DNA of 64,000 nucleotides, taken from positions 62,001 through 126,000 of the forward strand of contig CP110439.1 in assembly GCA_026914245.1 (NCBI GenBank), written 5' to 3'. Source of the stretch: Puccinia triticina (lineage: Eukaryota). Made by a program: the position numbers and the translations under genes. The notes under the pieces were generated by a model. It saw nothing but the letters and a program-made list of their open reading frames with translations. It was not told the origin of the DNA and did not search any database. This document shows, piece by piece, positions 1 through 13,132 of this stretch (positions are counted from its first letter, which is position 1; every line of letters starts with the position of its first letter).

Positions 1-559
1 ACAACAGTATACTCAAACATAACTAATCTAAAAAGAAGTGTTCATTGAGTTGCACCAGAGTTTGGTTTGCTACCATTAAAAGCATCTAGTGATTCTCCCA
101 CATCCTCACACTACATCTATTACATGATTGCCATTGTCATTATTGTTTTCTTCCGAGTTTCTATTTTCTCTCTAGACACAGATACCTAGCTGCATTTTGG
201 GAAATTAAAAATGTGAAATTGAAATTATACAAGTACTGTGGTTGGTAGGGACACAACTGGGCCTTATGATGCCCAAACCGCAGACAGATCTTGGTGGACC
301 CATCCTAAAAGTTTGAGAACTTCTCCTACAAAGTTTAAATTTTCTACGATTTGCAACTTTGCAGTTTCGTGTTTTGGACCAGTGTATTTTATGTAAATAT
401 ATCTTTTCTAGAATATGAAGAAACAAAGACTGACGCTCGTCCAAGTCTACACTGTGTCCCGTGACAAAATATCCGGCCACTGAAACAACCCAGTTACAAT
501 AATGTGTATATGAAAAACTCGTACAAATCAGAATTTGATTTGAAGATCCCTGACTAACA

Positions 560-1584
560 CTACCAGTGCAAACGATGAGTGGGACACTGTTAGCATCAAA
601 AGCAAAATGTCAGTAAGCCTCGGTCTGAACAGGTGAGATAGTGATCAAATTTCCCATTAGTGACGAACCTCATATCCGCCTGGATTCTTGTGAAGATCTG
701 GTGAACGATCCACGGGTAAAGAAGGTTAGGTCTTCGTAGAGGTCGTTGCGGATAGAAAGGGAATGAAAATTAAAACTAACAATTCTGATGATAGTCCTCA
801 GCATCCCACCATTGCTCAAACTTCTCGATCACGGTAACTATTTTTTTCCCTTTGGATTTATAATGCTTCTCTTCGATTTCCTTCGTCACTTCCTCGGCCA
901 CTTGGCGCTGATCATCGTTCAAGTAGAAAATTGCCGATCGGTATTGAGTACCGCGATCGGGACCCTGATGGTTATAGTGTGAGGCATCGTGGGTCCTGTA
1001 AAACTGAAAAGAGCCAATCAAGTCGATTCCCATTCAAGGATGAAATCCGTCCACTTCTGCACTCACAAACTCAACGAGTTCCGAGTAGGATACTATCGAT
1101 GGATCGAATTCAAGTTTGACACTCTCTGCGTGCTGCGTGGTACCTACATATATATTTATACCCATCAGGTGTTGGACCAATGTGCTGAACCCTTCAAGAA
1201 GCTTGAACTGGGAATATATTGAGGTGAAATGAATGCATACTAACCTGTGCAAATCTGTTTGTACGTAGGATTGTGCACTGAACCGCCTGTATAGCCAACT
1301 TTGGCGCCGAAGAGTCCTTTGCCACGACCATAGTGTTGACGGAAGATATGCTCTGTTCCCCAAAAGCAACCAGAAGCAAATATGGCAGTCTACAAAAAGG
1401 GGGTCTATCGGTCAAATTCTCCACTTTTTTCAGATTCAAAAGGACTGCGCACATCTTTTTTTTCAACTGAAGAAGCCATGAATGCCTGTTGGGCGGTTTG
1501 GGGGTGATTGGCTAGGTGTGAGAACGAGAGTAAGCAGCCCAAGGTCGAAGGTCGAGTGAAGAATCTTGTCGAGATGAATGGCAT
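560..1584 (-). CDS. msrA: Peptide methionine sulfoxide reductase A, multi-exon, with a probable mitochondrial presequence
   Basis: Spliced exons give TAIFASGCFWGTEHIF (GCFWG motif), VGYTGG, HAESVKLEFDP, QGPDRGTQYRSAIF, WWDAEDYHQN, YLHKNPGGYE and CPTHRLHW-stop(560). The ATG at 1584 starts an R/S/F-rich leader (MPFISTRFFTRPS); a second in-frame Met (MASS) follows. Confidence 0.95.
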
Positions 1585-1611
1585 CAAGTAGGAAGGAACT
1601 CCTCGATAAAT

Positions 1612-2150
1612 ATGGTCCAAGTTGGGGAAGAAGAAGATCCTCTCATGCTGACTCCGCAAGCACCAGTAGTACCCCGGTGTCCCCCCTGGGCTCCCTCGGG
1701 CATAAACCGACATCCTACCTACATAGTCCCGCTCTTCCTCACCGTGAAACCACAGTGGCAATGTGACCTCTCATGTTTTGCACTCAAATTAGCTCACGGG
1801 CGTGAGATCAAGTAAGTAATATGACTGATGTGGAGGTCTCCTTGCATGTACATATTTACATGTCTTTCTCCAAACACAACAGGTTGCTACTTGCCGGGGG
1901 GCAGGAGACCGAAGCGCTCGCACTCCTTCGCAGCGCGTACGGGAACTTGGAAGTGCGACCTCCTGCGTCAGGGGTCTCACATTTACGAGTCTTTGCATAC
2001 CGGCAAATATCCTCCTTAGACAGTTTGGAATACGTAGAATTAAATCAATTCGTTGGAAGGAATAGGATGTGGACTGGTCCAAGTGAAATTCAATCAGTGA
2101 AAAATCAGAGGAGTGTACTTCGATTCTTCAAGGATCTGCTACATACTTAA
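1612..2150 (+). CDS. Hypothetical two-exon protein (~155 aa)
   Basis: ORFs 1612..1815 and 1821..2150 join in frame through a 71-nt intron (aa|GTAAGT at 1812, CTGAT branch-like site, ACAG| at 1882), giving ...LAHGREIK-LLLAGGQETEALALL...; no family recognised. Confidence 0.55.
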
Positions 2151-2302
2151 ATATAATATAACGGTAGAATCAAAAGAAAAGGAGGGAAAATATCAAAGAC
2201 AGTCGCCGATTCTTGTTCAACCCAGTTGAGGTGAATCGTATCGACTGAATGAAGAGGTGGAGATTGGGCCGAAAACGATCGTTGGCCGGCAAAACGGGCT
2301 TT

Positions 2303-2585
2303 TCATTTCATAGGACTGTCGAGTATGTAAAATGGTCAGTTTTTTTTTTGAAGCGCTGAGTTGAATACCCCATTGTGCTTACCCGGGGGAGAAAGATACA
2401 TCGCTAATGGTGAGCTCGAGACATTCCGACCCACATCCGCTCTGCGGTAGGGGCTTGGGGGTCGCTGGAGCAGCAAATGGGACATCGATAAGTAAGTTGT
2501 GGCTTTAAACTAGTTCAGCTTCGAAAACCAACTCACCGAAGGCCACCAGAGAGATGGTGATTAATGAAATGATTTTGAAAAGCAT
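2303..2585 (-). CDS. Tiny secreted peptide, 47 aa, three exons: MLFKIISLITISLVAFATPKPLPQSGCGSECLELTISDVSFSPGPMK
   Basis: Exons 2585-2537, 2464-2383, 2315-2303; donors GTGAGT and GTAAGC, CAG acceptors, phase-compatible; hydrophobic signal-peptide-like N-terminus; TATAAATA just upstream (~2600-2608). Confidence 0.65.
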
Positions 2586-3396
2586 GATATGCATGTATTT
2601 ATTTATATCCTAGTCCTTTTTTGAGAGATTCACGCCGTATTCGGGAAAGGATGGGGGAAAATTGCGCCCTTCGAGAGGTCACAGATATTTATGCTGTCAA
2701 TGGCCAGCTAGTCTCCTTTCAGCGAATCAACTCCGGCCTAGAGCCGCCTCCTCAGATATACTTGGATACAGCTCGACGAAGTTCTTCTAGTTTATCGTAG
2801 CACGTGTGGTACCCGCGGCTCTCGGCGCCAGCGGATTCCACATCGGCTCCTGTAGAGATATGTACGTAAGACTTGTCGAGAAATGCCTGGAAACCCACTG
2901 CGAGCCTGGGGCGGCGGTGGCGCCTGTTTGTAACATGAACTAATGATTGAACCACTTTCAATAGGCAGCCACCACGACTACAAATAACCCATCCGTCGGA
3001 GTCGCCGGCTGTCGCCGGGGTGTAATGAACACGACATCGTCGGGCCAAGACTGTAGCTCGAGGCCCCCAACTTCCCATCACGAATACGATGAGGCGCATT
3101 TTGGAAAACATTGTGGGTTTGTTTGAGCGTCGGCTATGGACTGCCGAGGTTGTCATCTCTACCCATCGAGCATGTCGGGAGGACATGTACGGGCAGACGG
3201 AAGGACATCCGAACAGGACTCCGCCCGACTCCGCCGCTGTTGACCGCCCGCCTGGCCATGGGAGGGCATGACGTCATCCTGTCATGGTCAACAGGGGGCC
3301 CGTTCTTCCCTACCAGCCTCCCCCACAACTGACAACAGCTGACAACCTACATAATCGAATCTACATATCAAGTATCACCCGACATCTGGTCCGAGT

Positions 3397-4945
3397 ATGG
3401 CTGAAAACGTGCAACAGACTTTGCTCGTAGTCGGCGGGGTCAGTGGATCTGGGTTCGTGAGCTTACATCAATACTTGAAATGTGATCTTGCCGGCGAAGC
3501 AGATATTGATCGATAACTGAGATGAGATGCACTACAGCAAGAGTACATTTGGTGTGGAACTAGCCAGACGTTTGAACATCCCGTTCTTGGATGGAGACGA
3601 TTTACATCCCCCATCCAACATTGAGAAGATGAAATCGGGCAAACCCCTGGATGATTTTGTAAGTATGTACTTATATTCTTTTGCCTCACTAATTTGATGA
3701 ACCTCGTTTGCTAAGTTTTGCCTAGGATCGAGAACCGTGGTTGGATAATATTCGAACGAAGGCCCTCGAGATGATCGAGCATCTCAAGTCCTTCGGCCAG
3801 TCTGATCACAAAGATGGACAACCGCTAGCAATCGTGATTGCTTGTTCCGCGCTGAAGCGCAGGTATCGAGACATGTTACGTGGCTTCTCAGCGTCCGCAA
3901 AAAATGTCTCGAAAACGGCTCAATCCGACTGTCAAGTTCATTTTATACATCGTAAGCGCCTTTGTCTCATCTGTGTTTTACTAGGCTACTCAAGAATAAC
4001 ATTCTGACCCTCAATTATTATTACGTCCCAAAGTTAGTGGCGACCCTGAATTGATCAGAAAGCGATTACAAGATCGGAAAAATCATTTCGTCGGCAGTGA
4101 CATCTTGGCCTCTCAATTGGATACCTTACAGGAACCTGATCCGGGGCAAGAAAATTCTCCTCAAAGTCAGATCTTTACTATTTCATTGTCCTTCGACGAT
4201 TGCCAGCCGAAATCAGTTGAGGAAATGGTCAATGAAGCTATGCAAGAACTCGCAGACAAGACTGGATTACCGATGCCGGAATTAGCTCAGTTCAGGCAAC
4301 AATCGCCGGTTCAACTGCCTTCGCTCCAAACCCTTTTCGATCCTGAGCCAGGTCAGCTTCAAGACGTACTCGCGCTACTGTTCGAAGTCTCCGATTCAAT
4401 CGAAAACAAACTCATCCCAATTTTACGAGAAAATCTTCAAAATAAACTCCCAAACTCCTATTCTGAACTCATCGATCACTGTCAGGATATTGTCGAAAAT
4501 CGTTTTGATCGCGACGAGCAAGTCAATTTCTTGGGAAGCCATCCCCGCATTGGCGCGGTCAAAGGGCTGAGCAAACTGAGCTCGAAGGAACAGGGTAACC
4601 AAGCGGACCCAGCAGTACTGAATCGTTTAGCAGTGAGTGTGAATCAGTCCACAACTGTTTCGCTTTTGATGCGTGAAACTGATATATAAATGACAATCTT
4701 GAATCCAGGAATTGAACGCGCTGTATGAAAAACTATATCCTGGTTTACGATACGTGACTTTTGTAAATGGAAGAAGCCGAGCGGAAATAGTCGAAGAGAT
4801 GGAAGATTTAATAACCAAAGACGCAGCACCAACCCCTGCAGTACACTTGCAAGATAAAAATTGGCAAGCTGAACTGAAGAGGGGAATACGAGACGTATTC
4901 CAAATTGCCAACAGCCGTTTGAAATCTATCACCGAAAGCTCCTGA
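3397..4945 (+). CDS. Gluconokinase (GntK/IdnK-type) fused to an OHCU decarboxylase (UraD-like) domain, ~412 aa, five exons
   Basis: Exons 3397-3452, 3538-3658, 3726-3951, 4034-4632, 4709-4945. N-terminal half: P-loop GVSGSGKST, DGDDLHPPSNIEKMKSG, DREPWL, IACSALKRRYRD, RKNHF..LASQLDTLQEP. C-terminal half: LLFE, FLGSHPRIG, SSKEQG, LNALYEKLYPGLRYVTFVNGRSR, ELKRGIRDVFQIANSRL. Confidence 0.85.
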
Positions 4946-5761
4946 GTCCTGATGATTTGTATCGAGTGCAAAGTACTTTACAGCTTCCTGTATTGACATA
5001 TCTATAAAACAAACATTTCCCGTCCCGATCACTTCGGAGTGAACGTGAACATCTGGCCTTCCCTTCCTCCACTGCAAGATAGGCCTTGGGAGTTTGGCGT
5101 GTTGGATCCACAGATCTCTCACACCAAAACAAAATCGTTGGCCCGTCAATCGGCAAAAAGTAATACCTGCGAAAAGTCCCCAACGTGATTTGAACACGTG
5201 ACCTGCCGCTGTGCCACGAACTGCAGGCGGCCGCTCTAAACCGCTGAGCTATGGAGACAACTACGTCCCATGACCGCGTAATTTTGGAAAACATCAAAAT
5301 ATTTCTCAATGGACGTTGAATCGTGGCCTGCATTCCCCAACCGGAAGGGAAAGGAAGTCTGCTGGATTGAATTCATCAAACTGTTTTTCTTATTCATAGC
5401 TACTTAACTTTCACAATCTAGGGAAGACGGCCACGTTGTCGCATTCTTTGGCTTGGTTTTTGTGTGTAATTAGATTCTTCAAGACTGAAAGTCAATGGAA
5501 AAGGAAAATTTGCTTGTGGGAAGGTCAAGTAAAGAGAGGGGGGTTGAGCTCATTAAATTGGGTCCTCCACGGAAATGATATATTACATTATTTATTTATT
5601 TGTGTGGTGTGTGTACATAGACCATTCTTTAGGGGCAGAAACAACATCAACAAGAATATGAGAAGTAAACAATCCACTTGGGTAATCTAACCTTTTTAGC
5701 GTTGTTGGATATTTGTGTAATTGAGATTAATGATAGTGAATCAGTGGGGGGAGGTTCGTTT

Positions 5762-8700
5762 TCAATCTTTCTCAGATACCTGTTGATCTTCCATCACTTC
5801 ATCCGAATCGTCCGAGTCGTCCGAATCTGAATCTTCACCTTCAGCGACATTGATTTCCAACTTCAATTCCTGATCCACGCCAATATAAGAACTGAATGAT
5901 ACGAGGAGAGACAATTGTTAATAATAATGTTTCTGGTGGGATCAAAACAGCAAAGTACTCACTCCGAGATTAAGTCAAGTTTGAGTTCATGTTTGCCAGC
6001 GGTGGGAACGGAGAATTCGATTTTAGTCGGCAGGGGGGTAGCACCGGTGATTTTCTTCAAACCCAAGAGCTTCTTCTGCTTAGGGTCCTCCACGATCAAC
6101 CACCAACAGTCTTGTTTGACTGTAGGATAAAAGGGTGCGACGACCACGTTCCCTGCAACGGCCGTCTTCGCCCCTTCTTCTTCCTCTTCATCCTCTGCCA
6201 CCAGCGAGACCTTTAATGTGATTGGCGTGTTGGTAACCAGTGAGTCTTCGTCCTCGATCTCGTGCTTGATCTCGATTGCCGGACACGAGTTGACAAACTG
6301 GGCAACCTTCGCCAGATGTTTTGTGTCCATCTGCAGCAGTCGGTTTCGCTCTTCATCTTCAAGCCTGTTTCGTCAAAAGTCAGTTTTTTTTTTTTTTTTC
6401 TGGTTCACTGAGATTTCAGATAAATGATGGGATCACCAACTCCATAATATCAGTGACTTGTGTCACATTAGCTGCAGTGCATCGTTTAATGATATCGGAA
6501 GTGAAACCAGGGATTTGCTTTAATCTGTTGTAAATCAAATAAGTGATTAGGAGAATAAAAAAGAGATAAGCCAATTCATGTCGAATACTCACGGACTATC
6601 GTGGTTCCACACAGCTTGAACGACCATTTGAAAGAATTCCATGGCAACGGTAGTGTTTAGACACTCCTGAGAGCTCAAGACATCAACAGCGGCGGATATG
6701 AGATTAGGAACCTTCCTCAGGATCTCAACTTGGTCAAGCATCAAGTCGGAGGGTAGAGTCAATCGACTGAAGTGGGCCTGCAAGAGGATGTTGGTCTTGA
6801 AATGTGGTGACAGGTACTCTATTTTCCCCACTTTCACCGGCACACGGTCATGCACTTTCTTCAGTAGACCCTCTTCACCGTGTCGTAGCGGGATGGACTC
6901 GAACTCTTGCGCCGCAGAAATGATCTCAAGGATCCCCTTGAGCTTAGTCTTTTCAGTCAAACTCATGCTGAACACATCGGCAGTGATGTAGTTGATGTTG
7001 TAGTACGCCGCAACGATTCCGAGTGGAAGAGGTGTCGTGTCCATCTCGTCTTCAATGGCAATACAATTGGAGTTTTGTAGATCTGAAAGAGTCGATTCGA
7101 CCAGTTCTGATAGGTGATCGCTCTGGGTAGGCCCGATAGGAAACGAAGAGAGACATCAGAGTCGCGGAAGGAAACCAATAAAATCATATTCAGATTCGAC
7201 GACTAACCAGGTGTCGATGATCAGTAGCCTGCATGTTGTAGTAATTCGGGTTGGCAACCAAGCGGCGGTAAAACCACTGCCAAGTGCACCAATCCACTGC
7301 ATCCTGCTTATTCCTGATCAAAAAGTGGAGAGTGAGCGATGTTAAAGTGCCCAAGAAAAAAAAAGTTGACTTACTCGATGGTTTTAGCGACAATCTCTGC
7401 GTTGAAATGATCATGTAGAGACAAATGAAGATGTGACTCGATGGGCAAGCCCTCGTTCAAAAACTTCTTCAGGAACCTAAGAGTATAACCTGGTCAGTCA
7501 ACAAGAGACAAAAAAGCTAAATCAAGCAAGGCATGTGACAACTAACTCTTTTCGAACCTGTTGACACATCAACACACATCGGCTCGTAGTATCTTCGCTG
7601 GGTCTACAAGCTCGTCCCATCATCTGCAAGATATCCGGGAAAGAGTAGTCCACATAACGATGCTCCTTGCCCTCGTAGTTCTGCACGCCCATAATGATGA
7701 CCATAAACGCTGTCATGGGAATACTCCACGCGGTATCTTTCGAAGCCACGACAACCTGGATGGCGCCCACCTCAAACAACTTTTGCACAATCATCTTATC
7801 TGTGTTCGACATCGCTTCATGGTAATATCCGATCCCGCTGGCTAAAGTCTCCCGTAGATTTTCGTCTGAGACTTTGGCAAGATATGGGGCGAGGTCCTCC
7901 TGCTCGATGTTCAAGAACCGCTGCGGATCTTCGTCTGAGAGGGCATAGATGGAAAGATCGGAGGCCGTCAATCGACATTGTTTCCGTGACGGCACAAACG
8001 CAATCACTGGCTTTTCGTGAGCATACTCGAGGATTGAAAGATAAGCTGGCTTGGCCATCTGAATCATCAACGATGGGAAATGAGGCACATTAAAAGATTG
8101 AATATGGACCTCCAAGGGCAACGGTCGAGATCCAGGAGCAAAGTTGAAAATCGCCTGGGAATTAGCTCCCATCCAGTCGCCCAAGTCTCGCGCGTTCGCC
8201 AATGGACAACCAAGGGCGACGATCCGAGTCTTGCTGATCTCGCTCTGCGCGGTAACGTATCGAGTCCTCGACACGATCACTTCATAGGCTGGTCCAATCT
8301 CAGAACCGATCAGATGGATTTCATCTGCAATCAGCAGCCCCGTTCGCTCTACCATCTTCCGCTGTTTCCACCGTCTTGACACTAGATCCCATTGAGTTGG
8401 CGTGCAGATGATGATATCAATTCGGGCTTGTCCCGGCTTGCTCCCATCACTTGCAGTCAGCTCGACATCCCGCGTCAGCTCGCCGGTCAGAGGTTCAATC
8501 ACTTTTCCGAGAGGACCGAACTTCTGTCTCCACTCTTTCACTCGAACATCAACGACCTCCTGATAAGGCTCGATGCAAACACATCGCTGCCATTCAGGTT
8601 GGGACCATAGTCGCAATAGAGCAAATTCGGCACAGATCGTCTTACCGCTACCTGTGGGTGAGCAGATTAAAACGTTGTCGTTGCTGGTGTAAAGCGCCTG

Positions 8701-11700
8701 GAAGACTTGAGTTTGGATCTTGTTGAAGTTCTTAAGACCCTGCTTGAGGTAAATCGATTCATAGGCCTTATTATGTAGAGCTGCAACGGGAAGTGGTTGG
8801 AGATCCAAGAGTGGAGTGGGTTGAGAAAATTTTTCGGGCAGTATTAAATGTTTGAAGGATAAGGGAAGGCGAGTACTAGCATGAAGCCAGCGATCAGCAA
8901 CGACGGAGATGAAGTAATTCGGGGGTAGCGGATCGATCATGGGTACGTAGAACGTCACAAAGTGTTCTTCGTTGGCATATCGCTGACGGAGGAGAAACTG
9001 ATCTGAAAACAATATAAGCTCCCCATCCACATCCTCGACCATTATCCAAAACATTTGGCCGGTCCCATGAACTGATTCATCCCACATGAAATCTGGTGTG
9101 ATCGTGAGTTCGACTCGTAGCATAGTTCGGGTGATAGGTTGGACTAGAGCTTGAAGTTCCAGCTTGGGAAACTGATGGACGAATCGGTGGATAGTTTTTC
9201 CAAGCTTGGGATTTCCCATCAGCTCGCCGAGCTCCGGTGGCTCGAGGTCAAAGAATCGGTACCACGGAAAGTCCTTCCTTTCGGCCCGTCGGATGATATC
9301 GGCTGAACAGGATGGAAATTGCCGAAGAGGGCTCATCGAGACCCACATCTTCTTCTCGACCATTTTGCATAAGTCCAAGGCTTGGTGAGTTAACCTAGCC
9401 CAGCCACGCTTGAGACATATCTCGAATAAAGCCCTTAAGATTCTTCCAGCCGATTGAGTGACATAGACCATGTCAGCCATTAGAGCGAATCCTTCTAACG
9501 GCAGTCTGGAGATGTACGCCTGCAATAGAACATTGATCTTCGCGCTTGGGTCTCCTACAGATTCTTTGACCGGAATCGGGACCTTTTCGAGCAGCTTGGC
9601 CAACTCTTGTTTCTCTTCAGGTCTAGTAGGTACGTACTTGAACTCGTCACTCGCAGCAAACACCCTATACATCAAAGAAGGCAAAAGAGAGATAAGCGCA
9701 AGTCATGGGTTAGAGATCACCCAAGAGCAGACCTGAATAATTCAATAAGAGTCATTGTGGGTCGGAGATGTTGCTTGTAGGTGGACATTGATGTGTTGGT
9801 GACGTAGTAGTGACTAGCAATCTTTCCCAGTTCAAGTGTCGAGACCAGTCCAGTTTTTCGATCATACTTGGCCAATCCACTCTTTTCGAGTATACAGAAG
9901 GCGGTGTGAACGATATCCGACCGCTTTTGGAGCAGGAGAGGGTCCTCAGGGTCATGCTGGAAGCCATAAAGTGACGGGTTTTCCAGCGCGCGTTGATACC
10001 AGTAAGTATAACCTAGCCACTGGGCTGCTTCCTCACGGTTTCTAATTGTACCTAATACGATCTCGGCGTTGAGGATGTCCGCCAGTTTGCTAACCAATTG
10101 AGATTCAATAGGCTGAAGGGAGGAAGACATCACGGAATTAACAATTGACAAATCTTTAGCAATCAAGACAGAAAGCTCTACCACTCACCAATTGACTGGT
10201 AGTGATGGACAGATGGAACTGCAGCTCGGAATGATTTGTAATGATGATCCCTTCGCCATAGGTATCGTACTGCGGTCTCCCTGCTCGGCCGAGCATCTGC
10301 AAGATATCTTGGGGCGATAGCTCAACCCACCTACCCTTCTCGGGATTGTAGATCTGAGTGCCTTTGATAATGACGGCGTGCGCAGGCAGATTGACTCCCC
10401 AAGCCAGAGTAGCAGTTGATACCAGAACTTGAAGGTGTCCATCGGCAAACAATTCTTCGACCAATCGTCGGTCAACCCGTTCTAAACCAGCATGGTGAAT
10501 CCCGATACCGAATTGGAGGATGTCTTTCAGGCCCGGATCTTTGACGTTTTCGGCCGTTTCCATTAGAATCTCCCGAGTGGCTAGTCCTCCCGACATAAAT
10601 TTACCGACTTCATCTCGCTCGATACTTGCTTCTTTCAGGGTTTTGGCAGTTCGAGTGGTCTCACTTCGAGAGTGGACAAAGATGATGATCTGTTGCTTAT
10701 CATTGAGTTGCTTCATCACTTTCTCGTAACAGATCTCGTTGGTGATCTGGAGACGCTTGATAGCCTTTTTCTCGGTGATCCCAATAAACTCCAACTTGAG
10801 GGGGCACGGTCGAGCCGAACTATCGAAGAAGAATAGACCTTTTTTCGGGTTGACCCGTAAGAACCGAGCCACGTCGGCATAGTTGGGCAGGGTAGCCGAA
10901 AGACCGACGAGGCGCACGTATTCATGGTTTTGTTCCATCCTCCGGATAGTTCGACTGACTAGCGCTTCTAGAACCGGTCCTCGTTCGTCATGTAGCAAGT
11001 GGATTTCATCGATAATAATCAAGCCCACCAGATTGGTGTAACTAGTATCGGTACTCTTACGAGTAATCACATCCCATTTTTCTGGGGTTGTGACGATGAT
11101 TTGAGTCATCGTAATCTGATCTTTTGTCATCTGCCGATCGCCTGTGAGTTCGCCGACTTGAATACCCAAATATTTGAGCCTGCTTGAAAAGTTTCCAACC
11201 ATTTCTTGGACGAGAGCCTTCATCGGAGCCACATAGACAATTTTGAACGCAGCGAGATCGATCTCTCCCGTGGTTTCGTTGCGGTGCTTGGCGATTTCAT
11301 TGAGAACCGTTAGCATAGCCACGTTTGTCTGTGAACAGCGAGAGATGAAGGTTAATAGGGCACCCGAGATGAATCGATTTAGTAGTGACTTTACCTTACC
11401 GGCTCCAGTTGGAGCGCACAATAGAATCGGGTCATCTTGGCCAAAGGCGACTGGAAAGACTTTGCTTTGAACTCTGTTGAGGGTGGTGGCGCCTTTGAAG
11501 GCTTCCCTAGACCAATGGGGCAAGTCGGTAATCTTGACCAAATCTTCAGACTTCACGGGAGCTTTCTCCGGTGGAGGTACATGAATTTCTTCGTAGCCTT
11601 GTCCCGTCGGTTGTACCTTATGAGAGCCTTCGGGTAATTTGCACTTCTTGTTGGTCATCGTTCGAGAACCTTGATTGAAGACCATGGAGCTCAGATCTAG

Positions 11701-13132
11701 CATTTTTTTGGGATTGGGAAGGAACGAGTTGGCTTCCAAGTTAGCTTTCGTGGGGAATTTGGTCGGTTTAGCCGTCTCTTCTGAGTCGATATCCATCTTA
11801 TTCGAGTTGGCGGCCGTTTGAAGCTGGGGATTACTGATTCCACGGCCAGTGGTTAGAGCCTTGACGATCCAACCCACCCCCTTTTCTCTCATGACGACAG
11901 CCAAATTGACCTTTTCGTCTTCGTCGCTTCGAGACCATTTGGTACCCCAGACTATGATGTCACGGTGTTTGGTGAGAACAGAGACCAATTCAAACTTGTC
12001 GTAATCGAACAGATCGACGAGACTGTTTTCGAGATCTCGTAGGCTGGAATTGTCGGCGGATAGGAGATTGATGGCCTCCTTGGTCTTAGACTCCGCTTCG
12101 ATTGGATCGGGGAAATGACTTCCAATCAAACGTTGGAGCCAAAAACCGTCGATATCGTAGATGGTCAGATCCTGTTTGCCCTTTTTATTCTTTAGTTCGG
12201 ACGAGGTGGAGTCGGGGCCGATGAGGATCTGATCGGTGGGATCTGTCTGTTGGCCGTTGAGTTGGTCATCCTCTGGGTCATCGTTTTCATCTGCTTCACT
12301 ATTCTCGTCACTGTCCGAGTTGTCGCGAATTTCAAATTCATCTTCATCGCTATCTTCGCCATTCTCATCGTCCTCAAACACCACCGCCACCCCATTATTG
12401 TCGTCATCCAGTTCGTTTGCCCGCTTCTGGTTATCGCCATCCTCACCCTCACCGCCTGCCTGTTGAGCCTGGTCTTCATTCCCATAGTCGGTAAGTTTCT
12501 TGGATAGGTTACTCAGCTCGTTGAATTTCTCGCTGGAGATCGTCCCCAGGAATTCTTCGATGGTACGTTTCTTGTCGAGGTCTTTGGGGTAGTCGTTATC
12601 GTTCTTCATGGCTTCGATGGTCATGTCGGTCGCCGATCGGACGATTTCGTTAGGCTGATCGCCTAACATCAGTTGGACGCTCGACAGTAATAGTTCGTAG
12701 ATCGATCGGGTCTCGTTGGTCCGTGGTTTGTAGTTCAAGCCCTCGATCTGTTGGATGGCTTCGATGACATCGGCGTACCTTCGGCCGTTTGTTTCGGTGG
12801 CTTTCTTGGGTCGATCGTCGGTTGAGGAAATATGTTTCGATTTCTTCTTGGAGATGTCCTTCTTGATATGGACAGACTCTGTGAAGGCGCGACTCCCCAT
12901 CGATTTGGGGTCTATCCGACCCACCAAGGTCTCAGGCTCGCCCGTTGGTTCGTTATCCCGCCTAGGAATTTTGGAGCGGTCAGCAGTCAAGACGAGGGAT
13001 GACATCGCGGCATACTACACGTGCATATTTTGAGTAGGAGAGGGAATGCATCAGCTTGATGGTGCTGATTCGTGCTTTGATTCGAGATAACTCAACCTGA
13101 TAGCCAGAGAAGTCCCTGTTCTTGGGTGCCAT
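5762..13132 (-). CDS. brr2: U5 snRNP 200-kDa Ski2-like RNA helicase Brr2, multi-exon
   Basis: N-terminal [22 protein letters not shown]-like IDGFWLQR; two helicase cassettes ([22 protein letters not shown] and [23 protein letters not shown]) each followed by a Sec63 unit; ATG at 13132, acidic tail and stop near 5762. Confidence 0.97.

Noticed and set aside
2752..3186. 144-aa minus-strand ORF upstream of the gluconokinase fusion
   Set aside because: No recognisable motif and no convincing splice model; cannot be supported.
11330..11395. Apparent peptide insertion in the Brr2 Walker A region (GK-VKSLL...SQ-T)
   Set aside because: It is a 66-nt in-frame GT-AG intron; a similar case occurs in dnmt5 at 17631-17708.
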